Of a DNA stretch of 64,000 nucleotides, positions 49,838-63,811 are shown one piece after another. This DNA is from Eledone cirrhosa (Eukaryota). A model generated the notes under the pieces. The model did not search any database and was not told the origin of the DNA. It was given only the letters and a program-made list of their open reading frames with translations. Each line of letters begins with the position of its first letter. Positions within the stretch are counted from its first letter, which is position 1. The position numbers and the translations under genes are program-made. The stretch is taken from the NCBI GenBank assembly GCA_964016885.1, contig OZ024761.1:7626001-7690000 (forward strand). Direction: 5' to 3'.

Positions 49838-50922
49838 TTTACGTCCGCTTTTCCCTGCTTGCAAGGGTGGGACGGGAACTGGTTCTGGCTTGACTTCTAC
49901 AGCTGGATGCCCTTCCTAACACCAACCTCATTTACAGTGAGTGCTGGGTGCTTTTGTGCCGTGGCACCTCCACGACCACTTTACAGTGAGTGCTGGGTGT
50001 TTTTTTGCCGTGGCACCTCCACGACCACTTTACAGTGAGTGCTGGGTGCTTTTTTGCCGTGGCACCTCCACGACCACTTTACAGTGAGTGCTGGGTGCTT
50101 TTTTGCTGTGGCACCTCCACGACCACTTTACAGTGAGTGCTGGGTGTTTTTCTGCCGTAGCACCTACACGACCACTTTACAGTGGAATGATAGGGACCCC
50201 AGTCTGGGGTCCCTATCATCTCATTTCTACAGCTGAGTAAACTGGAGCAATGTGAAATAAAGTGTCTTGCTCAAGGAAACAACACATCACCCGGTCTGAG
50301 AATTGAACTCACAACCTTTCGATTGCAAGGCCAATGGTCTAACCACTAAGCCATGTGCCTCCATATATATATATATATATAGCAGGGTAAATGGACATTA
50401 ACTATACATAATTTTGTATTGTAGAAAATTGACTTTGTAGCAATTGGTGGCAGTGGATGGTCTTATTTATATAGACTTAACCTGTTAGTATTTAAACCGG
50501 CCGTATCCGGCCAGGATTCTCTCACCCTTTTCTATTCAAACTAGCCATAACTGGCTGCTCATGCTGATGTTAAGGTATTGTTCTCAAAATAAATAATATC
50601 GAAATCTTGTAGATTTTATATTATGTAAAGTAAAGTGTTTACTGTGAAAATACAATAGTAAATATAGAGTAATGTAAATGCTAAAGGGTTAAGCTGGAAG
50701 GTTTTAATATAAATATAAACACTTCCAAACAGGCGTTTTTGTAGGGGGCAATTTCAGATGGGTTGGTATGAAAAAGATTAAATCATTGAGACGACTACAT
50801 TTTGAATGTATTTAAGAATGATTATAAGTGAGTAATATAGGCAGTGAATTAGCAGAGTAGTTAGAATGTCAGATAGAAGCTTTGTGGTATTCCGGCTCTA
50901 ACTCTCATTTTTCTCATTTCAG

Positions 50923-50950
50923 GTATGAAAGGCCTCATTAGCAAGTCTCG
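50923..50950 (+). CDS. NCBP3: NCBP3 exon 9, 28-nt microexon (GMKGLISKSR)
   Basis: tttcag acceptor and gtaagt donor; completes NPNYG-GMKG.IS.S.K; phase 1/2. Confidence 0.9.
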
Positions 50951-51382
50951 GTAAGTATAAATATATATACACACAGACACACACACGCCTATATATATAT
51001 ATACATACGTACATACTTACTTATACATTCAAAGCTAGGCTTCACAGGAACAGAAAGATCACAACTAGTTAGGAAACTACAAGTACAATCCATTAATGGA
51101 ACAGTAAAAATATGTAAAACATTTCAAAAATTTTGCATCTAATAACTGCATATACATATGTACAGATACAAAGCATATATACACGCACACATACAACTCA
51201 AACCATACACATCCACACGTACAATAACATCCATACCTGCACATGCATGCATGCAGACATATCTACCTAGTTGATGTGTAAATTCCAATGAGAGAGTCTT
51301 GTGTCTATGTTAGAAACCGACTCTCTCTCTCTATTGGGAAAACTTTGTGAAATTATAAGACCAGAAGAACATACATACATAC

Positions 51383-51690
51383 ATGGTGGCTGCCTCTGCA
51401 TTATCGAGTATAGCCATTGCACGATATAACATTATTAGTAATTATCAAATAATTCTATCGGGCAATGCCTGTGCGTGAAGATATTTTTTAAAGTGAGGAA
51501 AGACTGTGCGCTGAGCCAATCCCACTCTCTGAGAGACAGTAGCTATAACCTGAAAAGAAGAAAAGATCAACATCATCGGTAACTACTGAGCCGCAGGTTT
51601 TATATCGGAGTTATCCCAGTTTCCTGAGTTGCCCTCTCCTAGAAGAAAGCCCTGACAAAGGCTAGGGGGTCCTTCACTCCCAGTGGTTTA
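51383..51690. repeat. Dispersed ~300-bp repeat, second copy at 60792-61092
   Basis: Both copies share tggctgc..ttatcgagtat..gccattgcacg..gagccaatcccactctctgag..ggtccttcac.cccagtggttta. Class not determined. Confidence 0.7.
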
Positions 51691-52930
51691 CATACATACA
51701 GACAGACAGTTGTCCCTCTGTATTCATGGGGGTTATGTTCCTAGAGAACCCGTGAAGAGTGTCCATACAAATGTCTATAAATGTCAAAACATAACATAAA
51801 ATATTGGCCGGCAAATACGGTTTATTGTTGTTGTTACTAATTTAGCGTTAAAAAGCGTGGAAAAATATATATTGCCATAAAAAAATCGCGGAAGATATTT
51901 ATGATTCTGCGAATATGCGGTGGTTTCCATGAACAATTATTAGTTGGGTTCTAAGGAAAATTCCGCTAATAACTGGGGCCACGAATGTCGGAGGTACACT
52001 ATATATATCATCATCATCATCATCATCATACGTCCACTTCTCCTTGCTTGCAAGGGTGGGATGGGTCTTATTCAGCACAGCATCTCTCCATTCGTCACGG
52101 TCCTTCGTCATCTCCTGTGACTTTCAGTGATCTAAGCTCAGCTCTCACCACCTCTACCCATGTTTTTTCCTGGTCTTCCTCTACTGCATCTTCCTTCCAC
52201 TGGGATATCTTGGCACCTCTTCATCCAGCTGTCATCTTCTGCAGCACATGGCCATACCGAAGCAGTCTTCTCTCCCGCACGCTACAGTTTATTTCTCTTA
52301 TACCCAGTTTCACTCTCAACTCGTCCATGCTTGGTCGTTCACGCACACTGACATTACACATCTATATATATATCATCATCATCGTTCTTATTTAACATCC
52401 ATTTTCCATGCTAGCATGAGTTAGATGGGTTGTCTCATTAGAGACAAGTTGGGTCTGGTGACCGTGTCTTGCTCATGTAGGACTGCTTCTGGCTAGATTT
52501 CTATGGCTGGATGCCCTTCCTAGTGTCTACCACATTTATAGTGTGGGTGCTTTTTGTTGTGATTCCTACTTAACCAATATATATGTAAATGTGGTTGCTG
52601 TTAGGAAGAGCATCCAGCTATAAAAATCCCAACCAAATTTACAGTTCCGTTTGAGCAAGGTACGGCACAGCCAGCTGGCCAGACTTGTCTCATGACGTGG
52701 CCGACACATCTAACCCATGCAAGCATGGAAAAATAGACGTTAAACGGTGATGATGATGATATATACATATATATCATCATCATCATCCCCGTTTAACATC
52801 TATTTTTCCATGCTTGCATATATATATATATATATGTATATATGCAAAAGGCAAACAAATAAAGCAAACAACACAATACAATGCAGAAATATATTATATT
52901 AGTTTTACACTTGATATAGTAGGGAAAGAG

Positions 52931-52966
52931 TCTTAATTTTTCGGATGCTAGTCCTTCATCAGAAGA
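52931..52966 (-). ncRNA. Minimal hammerhead-like motif
   Basis: Minus strand reads tctt CTGATGA a gga ctagca tcc GAAA aa TT aaga, within a TA-flanked AT-rich element. Confidence 0.45.
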
Positions 52967-53500
52967 AAGAATGAGAAATTAAAGAAGAAATAGAAAGATT
53001 GAGGAGGCGGACGGAAATGGAAAAACATTTTTTTTATATATTTATATATATATATATATATTGGAAAATGTGTGAAATCCTTGGTATAGTTAGGTATATT
53101 TGAAAAAAGGAAAAGAATGACTTCACTTGTAGTTCTAAACAATTTAATTTTATAATATTACAATTTTACAATTTAGCTATGTAGGTCTAGTAAGTTCTTT
53201 GTTATATATATATAACATTATACATAAGTAAATTTGTCACCAATATACATAACATCTTGATGAAAACAGATTGCTAGAATAAATCTCAGAGAAGCAAATA
53301 CATATAAAACATTTTCTACCAAATCGCCGAGTGGTATAGATTTTAACAATAAAGTAATCTAAAAAGAACACTTAACAAACATCTTTCCCTGGGGATACAG
53401 TCTTAGTTAAGCAACCTAAAGCTACAAGGTTTCAAGTTTGCTTGACTAAGTATATTATACTTTGGTTCTCTATTTTCTTCTCTCTCTCTTTGATCTGCAG

Positions 53501-53601
53501 CAAACGACGGATTCGTTCTGTGAAGGACGACATATCCAGTGACAGCGCCAAAGAGGACAATATGGATGCTACAACCGTGTCTGATCAACTGGAACTGTCT
53601 G
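53501..53601 (+). CDS. NCBP3: NCBP3 exon 10 (KRRIRSVKDDISSD...)
   Basis: Strong polypyrimidine tract and cag acceptor; G|gtaaat donor; phase 2/1; KRR continues the conserved S.KRR. Confidence 0.88.
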
Positions 53602-53744
53602 GTAAATAGGAATATTTCGGCTGTTCTCTAAGCTCTGTGTATTTATTACATATACTGCTAGTGTTGTTGTTGTTGTTGAAACTCTCTTAACCCCTTTATC
53701 AAAATAAATAACATTAAAATCTTGTAGATAAGATATTATGTAAG

Positions 53745-56415
53745 ATAATTAAATGAGATAAAGCCTTTTCCATGAAAATATAATAGTATGTATAGTGAAA
53801 TGTAAATGTTATATGGGATATTATATAAGATAAACCTTTACCACAAAAATACAATAGTATATATGGAGTAATGTAAATATTATGTGAGATAATTAAATAA
53901 GATAAACCTTTACCACAAAAATACAATAGTATATATGGAGTAATGTAAATATTATGTGAGATAATTAAATAAGATAAACCTTTACCACAAAAATACAATA
54001 GTATATATGGAGTAATGTAAATATTATGTGAGATAATTAAATAAGATAAACCTTTACCACAAAAATACAATAGTATATATGGAGTAATGTAAATATTATG
54101 TGAGATAATTAAATAAGATAAACCTTTACCACAAAAATACAATAGTATATATGGAGTAATGTAAATATTATGTGAGATAATTAAATAAGATAAACCTTTA
54201 CCACAAAAATACAATAGTATATATGGAGTAATGTAAATATTATGTGAGATAATTAAATGAGATAAACCTTTACCACAAAAATACAATAGTATATATGGAG
54301 TAATGTAAATATTATGTGAGATAATTAAATGAGATAAACCTTTACCACAAAAATACAATAGTATATATGGAGTAATGTAAATATTATGTGAGATAATTAA
54401 ATAAGATAAACCTTTACCACAAAAATACAATAGTATATATGGAGTAATGTAAATATTATGTGAGATAATTAAATGAGATAAAGCCTTTACCACAAAAATA
54501 CAATAGTATATATGGAGTAATGTAAATATTATGTGAGATAATTAAATAAGATAAACCTTTACCACAAAAATACAATAGTATATATGGAGTAATGTAAATA
54601 TTATGTGAGATAATTAAATGAGATAAAGCCTTTACCACAAAAATACAATAGTATATATGGAGTAATGTAAATATTATGTGAGATAATTAAATGAGATAAA
54701 CCTTTACCACAAAAATACAATAGTATATATGGAGTAATGTAAATATTATGTGAGATAATTAAATGAGATAAAGCCTTTACCACAAAAATACAATAGTATA
54801 TATGGAGTAATGTAAATATTATGTGAGATAATTAAATGAGATAAACCTTTATCACAAAAATACAATAGTATATATGGAGTAATGTAAATATTATGTGAGA
54901 TAATTAAATAAGATAAACCTTTACCACAAAAATACAATAGTATATATGGAGTAATGTAAATATTATGTGAGATAATTAAATGAGATAAAGCCTTTACCAC
55001 AAAAATACAATAGTATATATGGAGTAATGTAAATATTATGTGAGATAATTAAATGAGATAAACCTTTACCACAAAAATACAATAGTATATATGGAGTAAT
55101 GTAAATATTATGTGAGATAATTAAATGAGATAAAGCCTTTACCACAAAAATACAATAGTATATATGGAGTAATGTAAATATTATGTGAGATAATTAAATG
55201 AGATAAACCTTTACCACAAAAATACAATAGTATATATGGAGTAATGTAAATATTATGTGAGATAATTAAATGAGATAAACCTTTATCACAAAAATACAAT
55301 AGTATATATGGAGTAATGTAAATATTATGTGAGATAATTAAATAAGATAAACCTTTACCACAAAAATACAATAGTATATATGGAGTAATGTAAATATTAT
55401 GTGAGATAATTAAATGAGATAAAGCCTTTACCACAAAAATACAATAGTATATATGGAGTAATGTAAATATTATGTGAGATAATTAAATGAGATAAACCTT
55501 TACCACAAAAATACAATAGTATATATGGAGTAATGTAAATATTATGTGAGATAATTAAATGAGATAAAGCCTTTACCACAAAAATACAATAGTATATATG
55601 GAGTAATGTAAATATTATGTGAGATAATTAAATGAGATAAACCTTTACCACAAAAATACAATAGTATATATGGAGTAATGTAAATATTATGTGAGATAAT
55701 TAAATGAGATAAAGCCTTTACCACAAAAATACAATAGTATATATGGAGTAATGTAAATATTATGTGAGATAATTAAATGAGATAAACCTTTACCACAAAA
55801 ATACAATAGTATATATGGAGTAATGTAAATATTATGTGAGGTAATTAAATGAGATAAAGCCTTTACCACAAAAATACAATAGTATATATGGAGTAATGTA
55901 AATATTATGTGAGATAATTAAATGAGATAAAGCCTTTACCACAAAAATACAATAGTATATATGGAGTAATGTAAATATTATGTGAGATAATTAAATGAGA
56001 TAAAGCCTTTATCACAAAAATACAATAGTATATATGGAGTAATGTAAATATTATGTGAGATAATTAAATGAGATAAAGCCTTTATCACAAAAATACAATA
56101 GTATATATGGAGTAATGTAAATATTATGTGAGATAATTAAATGAGATAAACCTTTACCACAAAAATACAATAGTATATATGGAGTAATGTAAATATTATG
56201 TGAGATAATTAAATGAGATAAACCTTTACCACAAAAATACAATAGTATATATGGAGTAATGTAAATATTATGTGAGATAATTAAATGAGATAAAGCCTTT
56301 ATCACAAAAATACAATAGTATATATGGAGTAATGTAAATATTATGTGAGATAATTAAATGAGATAAAGCCTTTATCACAAAAATACAATAGTATATATGG
56401 AGTAATGTAAATGCT
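53745..56415. repeat. 72/73-bp satellite expanded inside a piggyBac-type MITE
   Basis: Unit attatgtgagataattaaatgagataaa(g)cctttaccacaaaaatacaatagtatatatggagtaatgtaaat, bounded by ttaacccc (53688) and ctaatgggtt (~56422). Confidence 0.93.
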
Positions 56416-57925
56416 AATGGGTTCAAAACATTTTGATTCCAAACTGTTAGAAACCACCACTTAATCTATGATAAAAAGCTGTTTATATTTATCTAATCTA
56501 AAAACTTTTCTTTGTATTTTTCGTAGTGGCATCGCGTTCTTATATTTCAGAGGTATAAGGTTAGGAGGAGAAGGCACACCATTAGATATGCTGCCTTTAA
56601 GTAGGGGGGGGGGGATCCAAAATGTCTCTGGAGCAGTGTCTGTAGAAGGGGATTCATCAAATCTCAACCGTTACCCGGCTGTTAATGGGGGAGAGGGAAT
56701 CAAAGTGTGTGTGTGTTGGGGGGGGGGGGGGGGACAAGGGAATTCCTCAGGCGGTTAATCTTGTCATTGGTGTGAGTCATTAGTAAACGCCTACGTTTTT
56801 GTTACCGAGAACAACCCGAACGAAGTTTCACCTCAAAAACGGCCGCAAACAATTCACGTACAGGTAGCATGAATATATGCCGACATACGGTTTGATATTA
56901 ATTCTTCTAAACAATGTCATAGAAAAGTTGGAGTTTAAGTGTTAAGAAATAGAATTGCTTAGATATAGTACTCTAACATAAGAGCATTAAAGATGGGTTT
57001 TATTGAAAATCCAATGTGGGCCTGTTGGGTAGTGTTAAGGTTGCAAGCAAAAAGACTGTTGTTTAAGTGAAAACAAATGGAGTTACTTACGTTTAAAAGG
57101 ACAATTCGTGTAATGTAAATTCAATAGGGAACGCACGCGTTTATATCCCAAGAACAATCTTCCGATGATCCAACACCTCGAAATATCAACAGACTAATGA
57201 GTTGTTGCCTTGTTTTGGAGGACTGAGTTGTGGGAGGAGGAAGGGGAGTAGTTGGAAGGAGGTTTTAAGATGCAGTAGCAGTATCTCCTCTTCCCCCTCT
57301 CTCACTTGGAGGACTGAGTTGTAGGAGGAGTTGGAAGGAGGGTTTAAGATACAGTAGGAGTATCTCCTCTTCCCCCTCTCTCACTGAAACGGCTTCTCTT
57401 TCCTCCTCTATTGTAAAGATGTCTTCAGGAGTTCCCCAGGGGTTCCATTATTGATTTTATTGAATTCCAATTAGCCAGTCTTGACCCTGAATATTAGCTT
57501 AACATGTGTGTAAAGTTTCACTATGATCGACTCACTGGTTTAGAGGCCAACTGGTAACACACAGACAGACAGAAATTGCCATTTATATAGTAGACTAGCA
57601 GAAAACCACCCGAGGGGGCGGTTTTCTGCTAGTCTATATATCTAAAACAGAGAATGTCTGTCTGTCTGTCAGCTCACTAAATCTTGAGAACCATCCAACC
57701 GATTGTTTTCAAACTTTAGACATGTAATACTTATGGTCCTGTGAGTGTTTTGAGCAAAAATTATTTCAAATTTTCAATGCCCTAGGGACCGCATTAGGCG
57801 ATTTAGCGTTCTCTCTATATAATTCTTAGTCTTTCTTTTTAGATAGATACATAGATATAACGTTGCGCCCTTATAATATCTGTCTGTATGTCTGGCTGTC
57901 TGCATTACGTCATTATGACGCGCTC

Positions 57926-57960
<35 letters not shown>

Positions 57961-58119
57961 GTATTGTAATGCAGACAGCAAGACATAGCTTTCCTTCCTC
58001 TTTTCCAGCGTCTCTCTCTCTCCCTCCCACTATCCCCCTCTTGTAGTCTGTCTCTTTCACTCTCACTCTCTCTCTACGCGTCAAACAGAAATTGCTGGTT
58101 ATATATTATAAGGAGATAA

Positions 58120-58705
58120 ATAATATAATATATACTATGTATAAATAAATATTATAATATATACTATGTATAAATAAATAATATAATATATACTATGTAT
58201 AAATAAATATTATAATATATACTATGTATAAATAATATAATATAATATATACTATGTATAAATAAATAATATAATATATACTATGTATAAATAAATAATA
58301 TAATATATACTATGTATTAATAAATATTATAATATATACTATGTATAAATAAATATTATAATATATACTATGTATAAATAAATATTATAATATATACTAT
58401 GTATAAATAAATATTATAATATATACTATGTATAAATAAATATTATAATATATACTATGTATAAATAAATATTATAATATATACTATGTATAAATAAATA
58501 TTATAATATATACTATGTATAAATAAATATTATAATATATACTATGTATAAATAAATAATATAATATATACTATGTATAAATAAATATTATAATATATAC
58601 TATGTATAAATAAATAATATAATATATACTATGTATAAATAAATAATATAATATATACTATGTATAAATAAATATTATAATATATACTATGTATAAATAA
58701 ATATA
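58120..58705. repeat. ~27-bp AT-rich minisatellite
   Basis: Unit tataatatatactatgtataaataaata(a/t). Confidence 0.9.
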
Positions 58706-59687
58706 TACTTTTTTATTTTACTATCTTAACTATAATAAAGAAAGGATTGCGTCCAGAATATATTTTTTTACCCCGTTTGTAAAATAAGTTGGATTACTTT
58801 GAATAAATAATTGTTTCTACTTTAGGCACAAGGCCAGCAATTATCCCAGTGCATTACAGGTACTTTATTTTATCGACCCCGTAAGGATGAAAGGCAAAGT
58901 TAACCTCGGCGGGATTTGAACTCAGAATGGCAAGGGCCGTAACTCTATGCGTCAAAGCATGGCGTCCGATCCTCTAAATAATGAATGAATATTACATAAT
59001 ATATGTGCTAAATTTCGTGGCTGTTGATTAAATATATTTTATAGCTTATTTAAAGATCTTTAAAATTCACTTCTTTAAAATTTTCAAATGTCAACACTTC
59101 CGGTTAATGGCCGTTATATTATAACACTTATAAAAATATTGCATATATTTCTGTCACTAATTTTCTCCTAATGAAGTTTATATATAATATCGTCTTTTGT
59201 TAATGTATCATGGATTACGTTACTGATTACATACATAAGACAATGTAACACAGTCTTCATTCAATTTCTATGTATTATATATTGCCAATTACGATTTTAT
59301 TTGATCATATATACTTGCGTATAATATCACTATACACACTACACATGCTAGCAGATATATAATATCGTCTTTCTTTAATGTATCATGGATTACGTTACTG
59401 ATTACATAAGACAGTGTAACACAGTCTTCGTTCAATTTCTGTGTATATTATCAATTACGATTTTATTTGATGTATCATATCTACATGCATATATACTTGC
59501 GTATAATATCAATATACACACTACACGTATTTATAATATGTATTATATGATATTTAATATACTATTATATCATCTCTATGCCTCCACCTCCCACCCCCCG
59601 GGGAGGGGGGGGGGCGGTAGTGCCCACTTTGAGAACCTCTGTGTTAAATGATGATGATGATGAAACCTATATCTCCAATTTCTCCAG

Positions 59688-59844
59688 ATTGGCCTGGTAG
59701 ACAGACGCATGATCCAACACCTGTACAAACAACAACAGCAGCAGCAGCAGCAGCAGCAACAGCAACAGCAGCACCGCCCCCAGCAAAACAGCGGATGATG
59801 AGGATGTACGCAGATGATGTGGAAGCTGAGCTGAAGGCCAGAAG
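59688..59844 (+). CDS. NCBP3: NCBP3 exon 11 (WPGRQ..AAAAAAA..RMMRMYADDVEAELKAR)
   Basis: Conserved M.MYAD.VE motif; tccag acceptor and gtgagg donor; phase 1/2. Confidence 0.9.
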
Positions 59845-61232
59845 GTGAGGAAGAGAAATATAATACAATCCATGGTGTGGTGCTTTCTTGATGATACACC
59901 CCCTGGGGTGGGGATCTGCATCTCATTTATGTACTAGGGTCTTGTGTTCTATCTTGACATGCACAAGGAAGGTTGTCATGACTGTGATTGACACAACTGA
60001 AGGGTCCTCACAATCTTTGTTTGACAAGCTATCTACAGTTGAATGCCCTTCCTATCACATATATACACACATATCATCATCATCATCATCATTTCATTTT
60101 ACGTCTGCTTTTTCCCTGCTTGCAAGGGTGGGACGGGAATTGATGCTGGCTTGATTTCTACAGCTGGATGCCCTTCCTAACACCAACCTCATTTACAGTG
60201 AGTGCTGGGTGCTTTTTTGCCGTGGCACCTCCACGACCACTTTGCAGTGGAATGATAGGGACCCCAGTCCCTATCATCTCATTTCTACAGCTGAGTAAAC
60301 TGGAGCAATGTGAAATAAAGTGTCTTGCTCAAGGAAACAACACATCACCCGGTCTGAGAATTGAACTCACAACCTTTCGGTTGCAAGGCCAATGCTCTAA
60401 CCACTAAGCCATGTGCCTCCATGTGTGTATGTATATATATATGGAGGCACATGGCTTAGTGGTTAGAGCATTTGCCTTGCAATCGAAAGGTTGTGAGTTC
60501 AATTCTCAGACTGGGTGATGTGTTGTTTCCTTGAGCAAGACACTTTATTTCACATTGCTCCAGTTTACTCAGCTGTAGAAATGAGATGATAGGGACTGGG
60601 GTCCCTATCATTCCACTGCAAAGTGGTCGTGGAGGTGCCACGGCAAAAAAGCACCCAGCACTCACTGTAAATGAGGTTGGTGTTAGGAAGGGCATCCAGC
60701 TGTAGAAATCAAGCCAGAATCAGTTCCTGTCCCACCCTTGCAGGCAGGGAAAAAGCGGACGTAAAATGAAATGATGATGTTATATATATATGATGGCTGC
60801 TCCCTCGTTATCGAGTATGGCCATTGCACGATATACCATTATTAATAATTATTAATTAAATCGTGCAATGCCTGTGCATGAAGATATTTTTTAAAGTGAG
60901 GAAAAACTGTGCACTGAGCCAATCCCACTCTCTGAGCTACAGTAGCTATAACCCGAAAAGAAGAAAAGTTCAACATCATCAGTAACTACTGAGCCGCAGG
61001 TTTTATGTCGGAGTTATCCCAGTTTCCTGAGTTGCCTTCTCCTAGAAGAATGCCCTGACAAAGACTAGGGGTCCTTCACGCCCAGTGGTTTAACTGAGTG
61101 ATCGGGTGTCCAGCCCGACTATTTCTATGTCCCCGTGCATATACATACACATGCACCCATGTATATACACACATACATACATATATATACATACATGCAT
61201 ACATATATATATATATATATATACATACACCC

Positions 61233-62485
61233 ATGGGCTGGGTGCTTTTTGTCATGTCACCATCACAACCACTTTGCAGTGTGGGCTGGGTGCTTTTTGT
61301 CATGTCACCATCACAACCACTTTACAGTGTAGGCTGGGTGCTTTTTGTTATGTCACCATCACAACCACTTTACAGTGTAGGCTGGGTGCTTTTTGTCATG
61401 TCACCATCACAACCACTTTACAGTGTAGGCTGGGTGCTTTTTGTCATGTCACCATCACAACCACTTTACAGTGTGGGCTGGGTGCTTTTTGTTATGTCAC
61501 CATCACAACCACTTTACAGTGTAGGCTGGGTGCTTTTTGTCATGTCACCATCACAACCACTTTACAGTGTGGGCTGGGTGCTTTTTGTTATGTCACCATC
61601 ACAACCACTTTACAGTGTAGGCTGGGTGCTTTTTGTCATGTCACCATCACAACCACTTTACAGTGTGGGCTGGGTGCTTTTTGTCATGTCACCATCACAA
61701 CCACTTTACAGTGTGGGCTGGGTGCTTTTTGTCATGTCACCATCACAACCACTTTACAGTGTGGGCTGGGTGCTTTTTGTCATGTCACCATAACAACCAC
61801 TTTACAGTGTGGGCTGGGTGCTTTTTGTCATGTCACCATAACAACCACTTTACAGTGTAGGCTGGGTGCTATTTATCATGTCACCATCACAACCACTTTA
61901 CAGTGTAGGCTGGGTGCTTTTTGTCATGTCACCATCACAACTACTTTACAGTGTAGGCTGGGTGCTTTTTGTCATGTCACCATCACAACCACTTTACAGT
62001 GTAGGCTGGGTGCTTTTTGTCATGTCACCATCACAACCACTTTACAGTGTAGGCTGGGTGCTTTTTGTCATGTCACCATCACAACCACTTTACAGTGTAG
62101 GCTGGGTGCTTTTTGTCATGTCACCATCACAACCACTTTACAGTGTGGGCTGGGTGCTTTTTGTTATGTCACCATCACAACCACTTTACAGTGTGGGCTG
62201 GGTGCTTTTTGTCATGTCACCATCACAACCACTTTACAGTGTGGGCTGGGTGCTTTTTGTCATGTCACCATCACAACCACTTTACAGTGTGGGCTGGGTG
62301 CTTTTTGTCATGTCACCATCACAACCACTTTACAGTGTGGGCTGGGTGCTTTTTGTCATGTCACCATCACAACCACTTTACAGTGTGGGCTGGGTGCTTT
62401 TTGTCATGTCACCATCACAACCACTTTACAGTGTGGGCTGGGTGCTTTTTGTCATGTCACCATCACAACCACTTTGCAGTGTGTG
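61233..62485. repeat. 41-bp minisatellite derived from the RTE 3'UTR/SINE motif
   Basis: Unit ggctgggtgctttttgtcatgtcaccatcacaaccactttacagtgt(g/a). Confidence 0.95.
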
Positions 62486-62729
62486 CTGGGAGGCTTTACT
62501 GGATGTACACTTCAGCCTGTCCTCATGGGAGATGTATGGGAGTGGGTGAGTTGGTGCCTACTATACATAGTTCAGTTTCGGCCTGTGCCCATGGCAAGTC
62601 AGGTCTTCTGTATTACTGTGTAACGCCACAGATCTCCATCTTGTTTTATTGCCTTTGAGTGCAATTGGGCAAGGTCAGCTCTTATCATATATATATATAT
62701 TCATACATATACACAACACAACATATATG

Positions 62730-63215
62730 CATCCAGGCCGAAACAAATGAGATCGTGTAGGTGTCACAACAAAAAAACACACAGTCCAAGCTGTAATGTG
62801 GCCGTGTAGGCAACACGGTAAAAACCTCCCAGCCCCAGACTGTAAATGTGGTTGGTGTTAGGAAGGGCATCCAGCTGTAGAAAACCTGCCACACAGTCCA
62901 CGCTGTAATGTGGCCGTGTAGGCAACACGGTAAAAACCTCCCAGCCCCAGACTGTAAATGTGGTTGGTGTTAGGAAGGGCATCCAGCTGTAGAAAACCTG
63001 CCACACAGTCCACGCTGTAATGTGGCCGTGTAGGCAACACGGTAAAAACCTCCCAGCCCCACACTGTAAATGTGGTTGGTGTTAGGAAGGGCATCCAGCC
63101 ATAGCAAACCCGCCAGACAGTCCTATGCGAGCAAGACAACCACTCTTGCCTCAAGTGGGAAAACTCCCGTCCAAACCCATGCAAGCGTGGAACACGGATG
63201 TTAAACGATGATGAT
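62730..63215 (+). mobile_element. RTE-tail element with an internal ~122-bp triplication
   Basis: Three copies of cacagtcca.gctgtaatgtggccgtgtaggc...ggcatccagc followed by an RTE-type tail ttaaacgatgatgat. Confidence 0.75.
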
Positions 63216-63250
63216 ATACCACACACACACACAGACACACACACACACAG

Positions 63251-63284
<34 letters not shown>

Positions 63285-63330
63285 TTGTACCACAAGAAAT
63301 GTGTCAACTATTATATCAATTCTGTTACAG

Positions 63331-63787
63331 GTCTGGTCATTCTAGTGTATCACACAGGATTGGAGGCAGTGGAGGAGCGCGTGGTGGCTCACTATCACAC
63401 AGGATTGGCTCTAGTAGTCACAGCATACAGCCCTGGGCCGGCAGCTCGTCGGCCTCTGGTAAGCATGTGAAAGATGCCCGACAGCTTTTATCCAGATCGG
63501 ACAAAGCTGGCATTAGCAAGTACCAGAAAGAACGACTAGCTGTGAGAAGTGACGATGACGATGATGATGATGATGATGAAGATGATGACGATGAAGAAGA
63601 AGAACAAGAAGACGAGAGGGAGGAGGCGGAAGAATCGGAGGACTCCAATAACACCGATGCTCGACCGTTCTTTAACAGTGGCAGTGACCTTCGTGCCAAA
63701 CTTGAACGGAAGCGTATGCAGATGCCGTCTTCTGTCTCATCTACATCCGGCCACTACCCTCGGCTGAAGATTGAAGTCTTAGATTGA
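63331..63787 (+). CDS. NCBP3: NCBP3 exon 12 (terminal; SVSHRIG...DARQLL...acidic tract...DLRAKL...LKIEVLD*)
   Basis: ttacag acceptor; phase 2 matches exon 11; RIG, D.R..L and DLR motifs; TGA at 63785-63787. Confidence 0.88.
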
Positions 63788-63811
63788 TTTACTGACCAAC
63801 TGACACACTTC

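Noticed and set aside
61098-62658. ORFs up to 505 aa
   Set aside because: Minisatellite translations.
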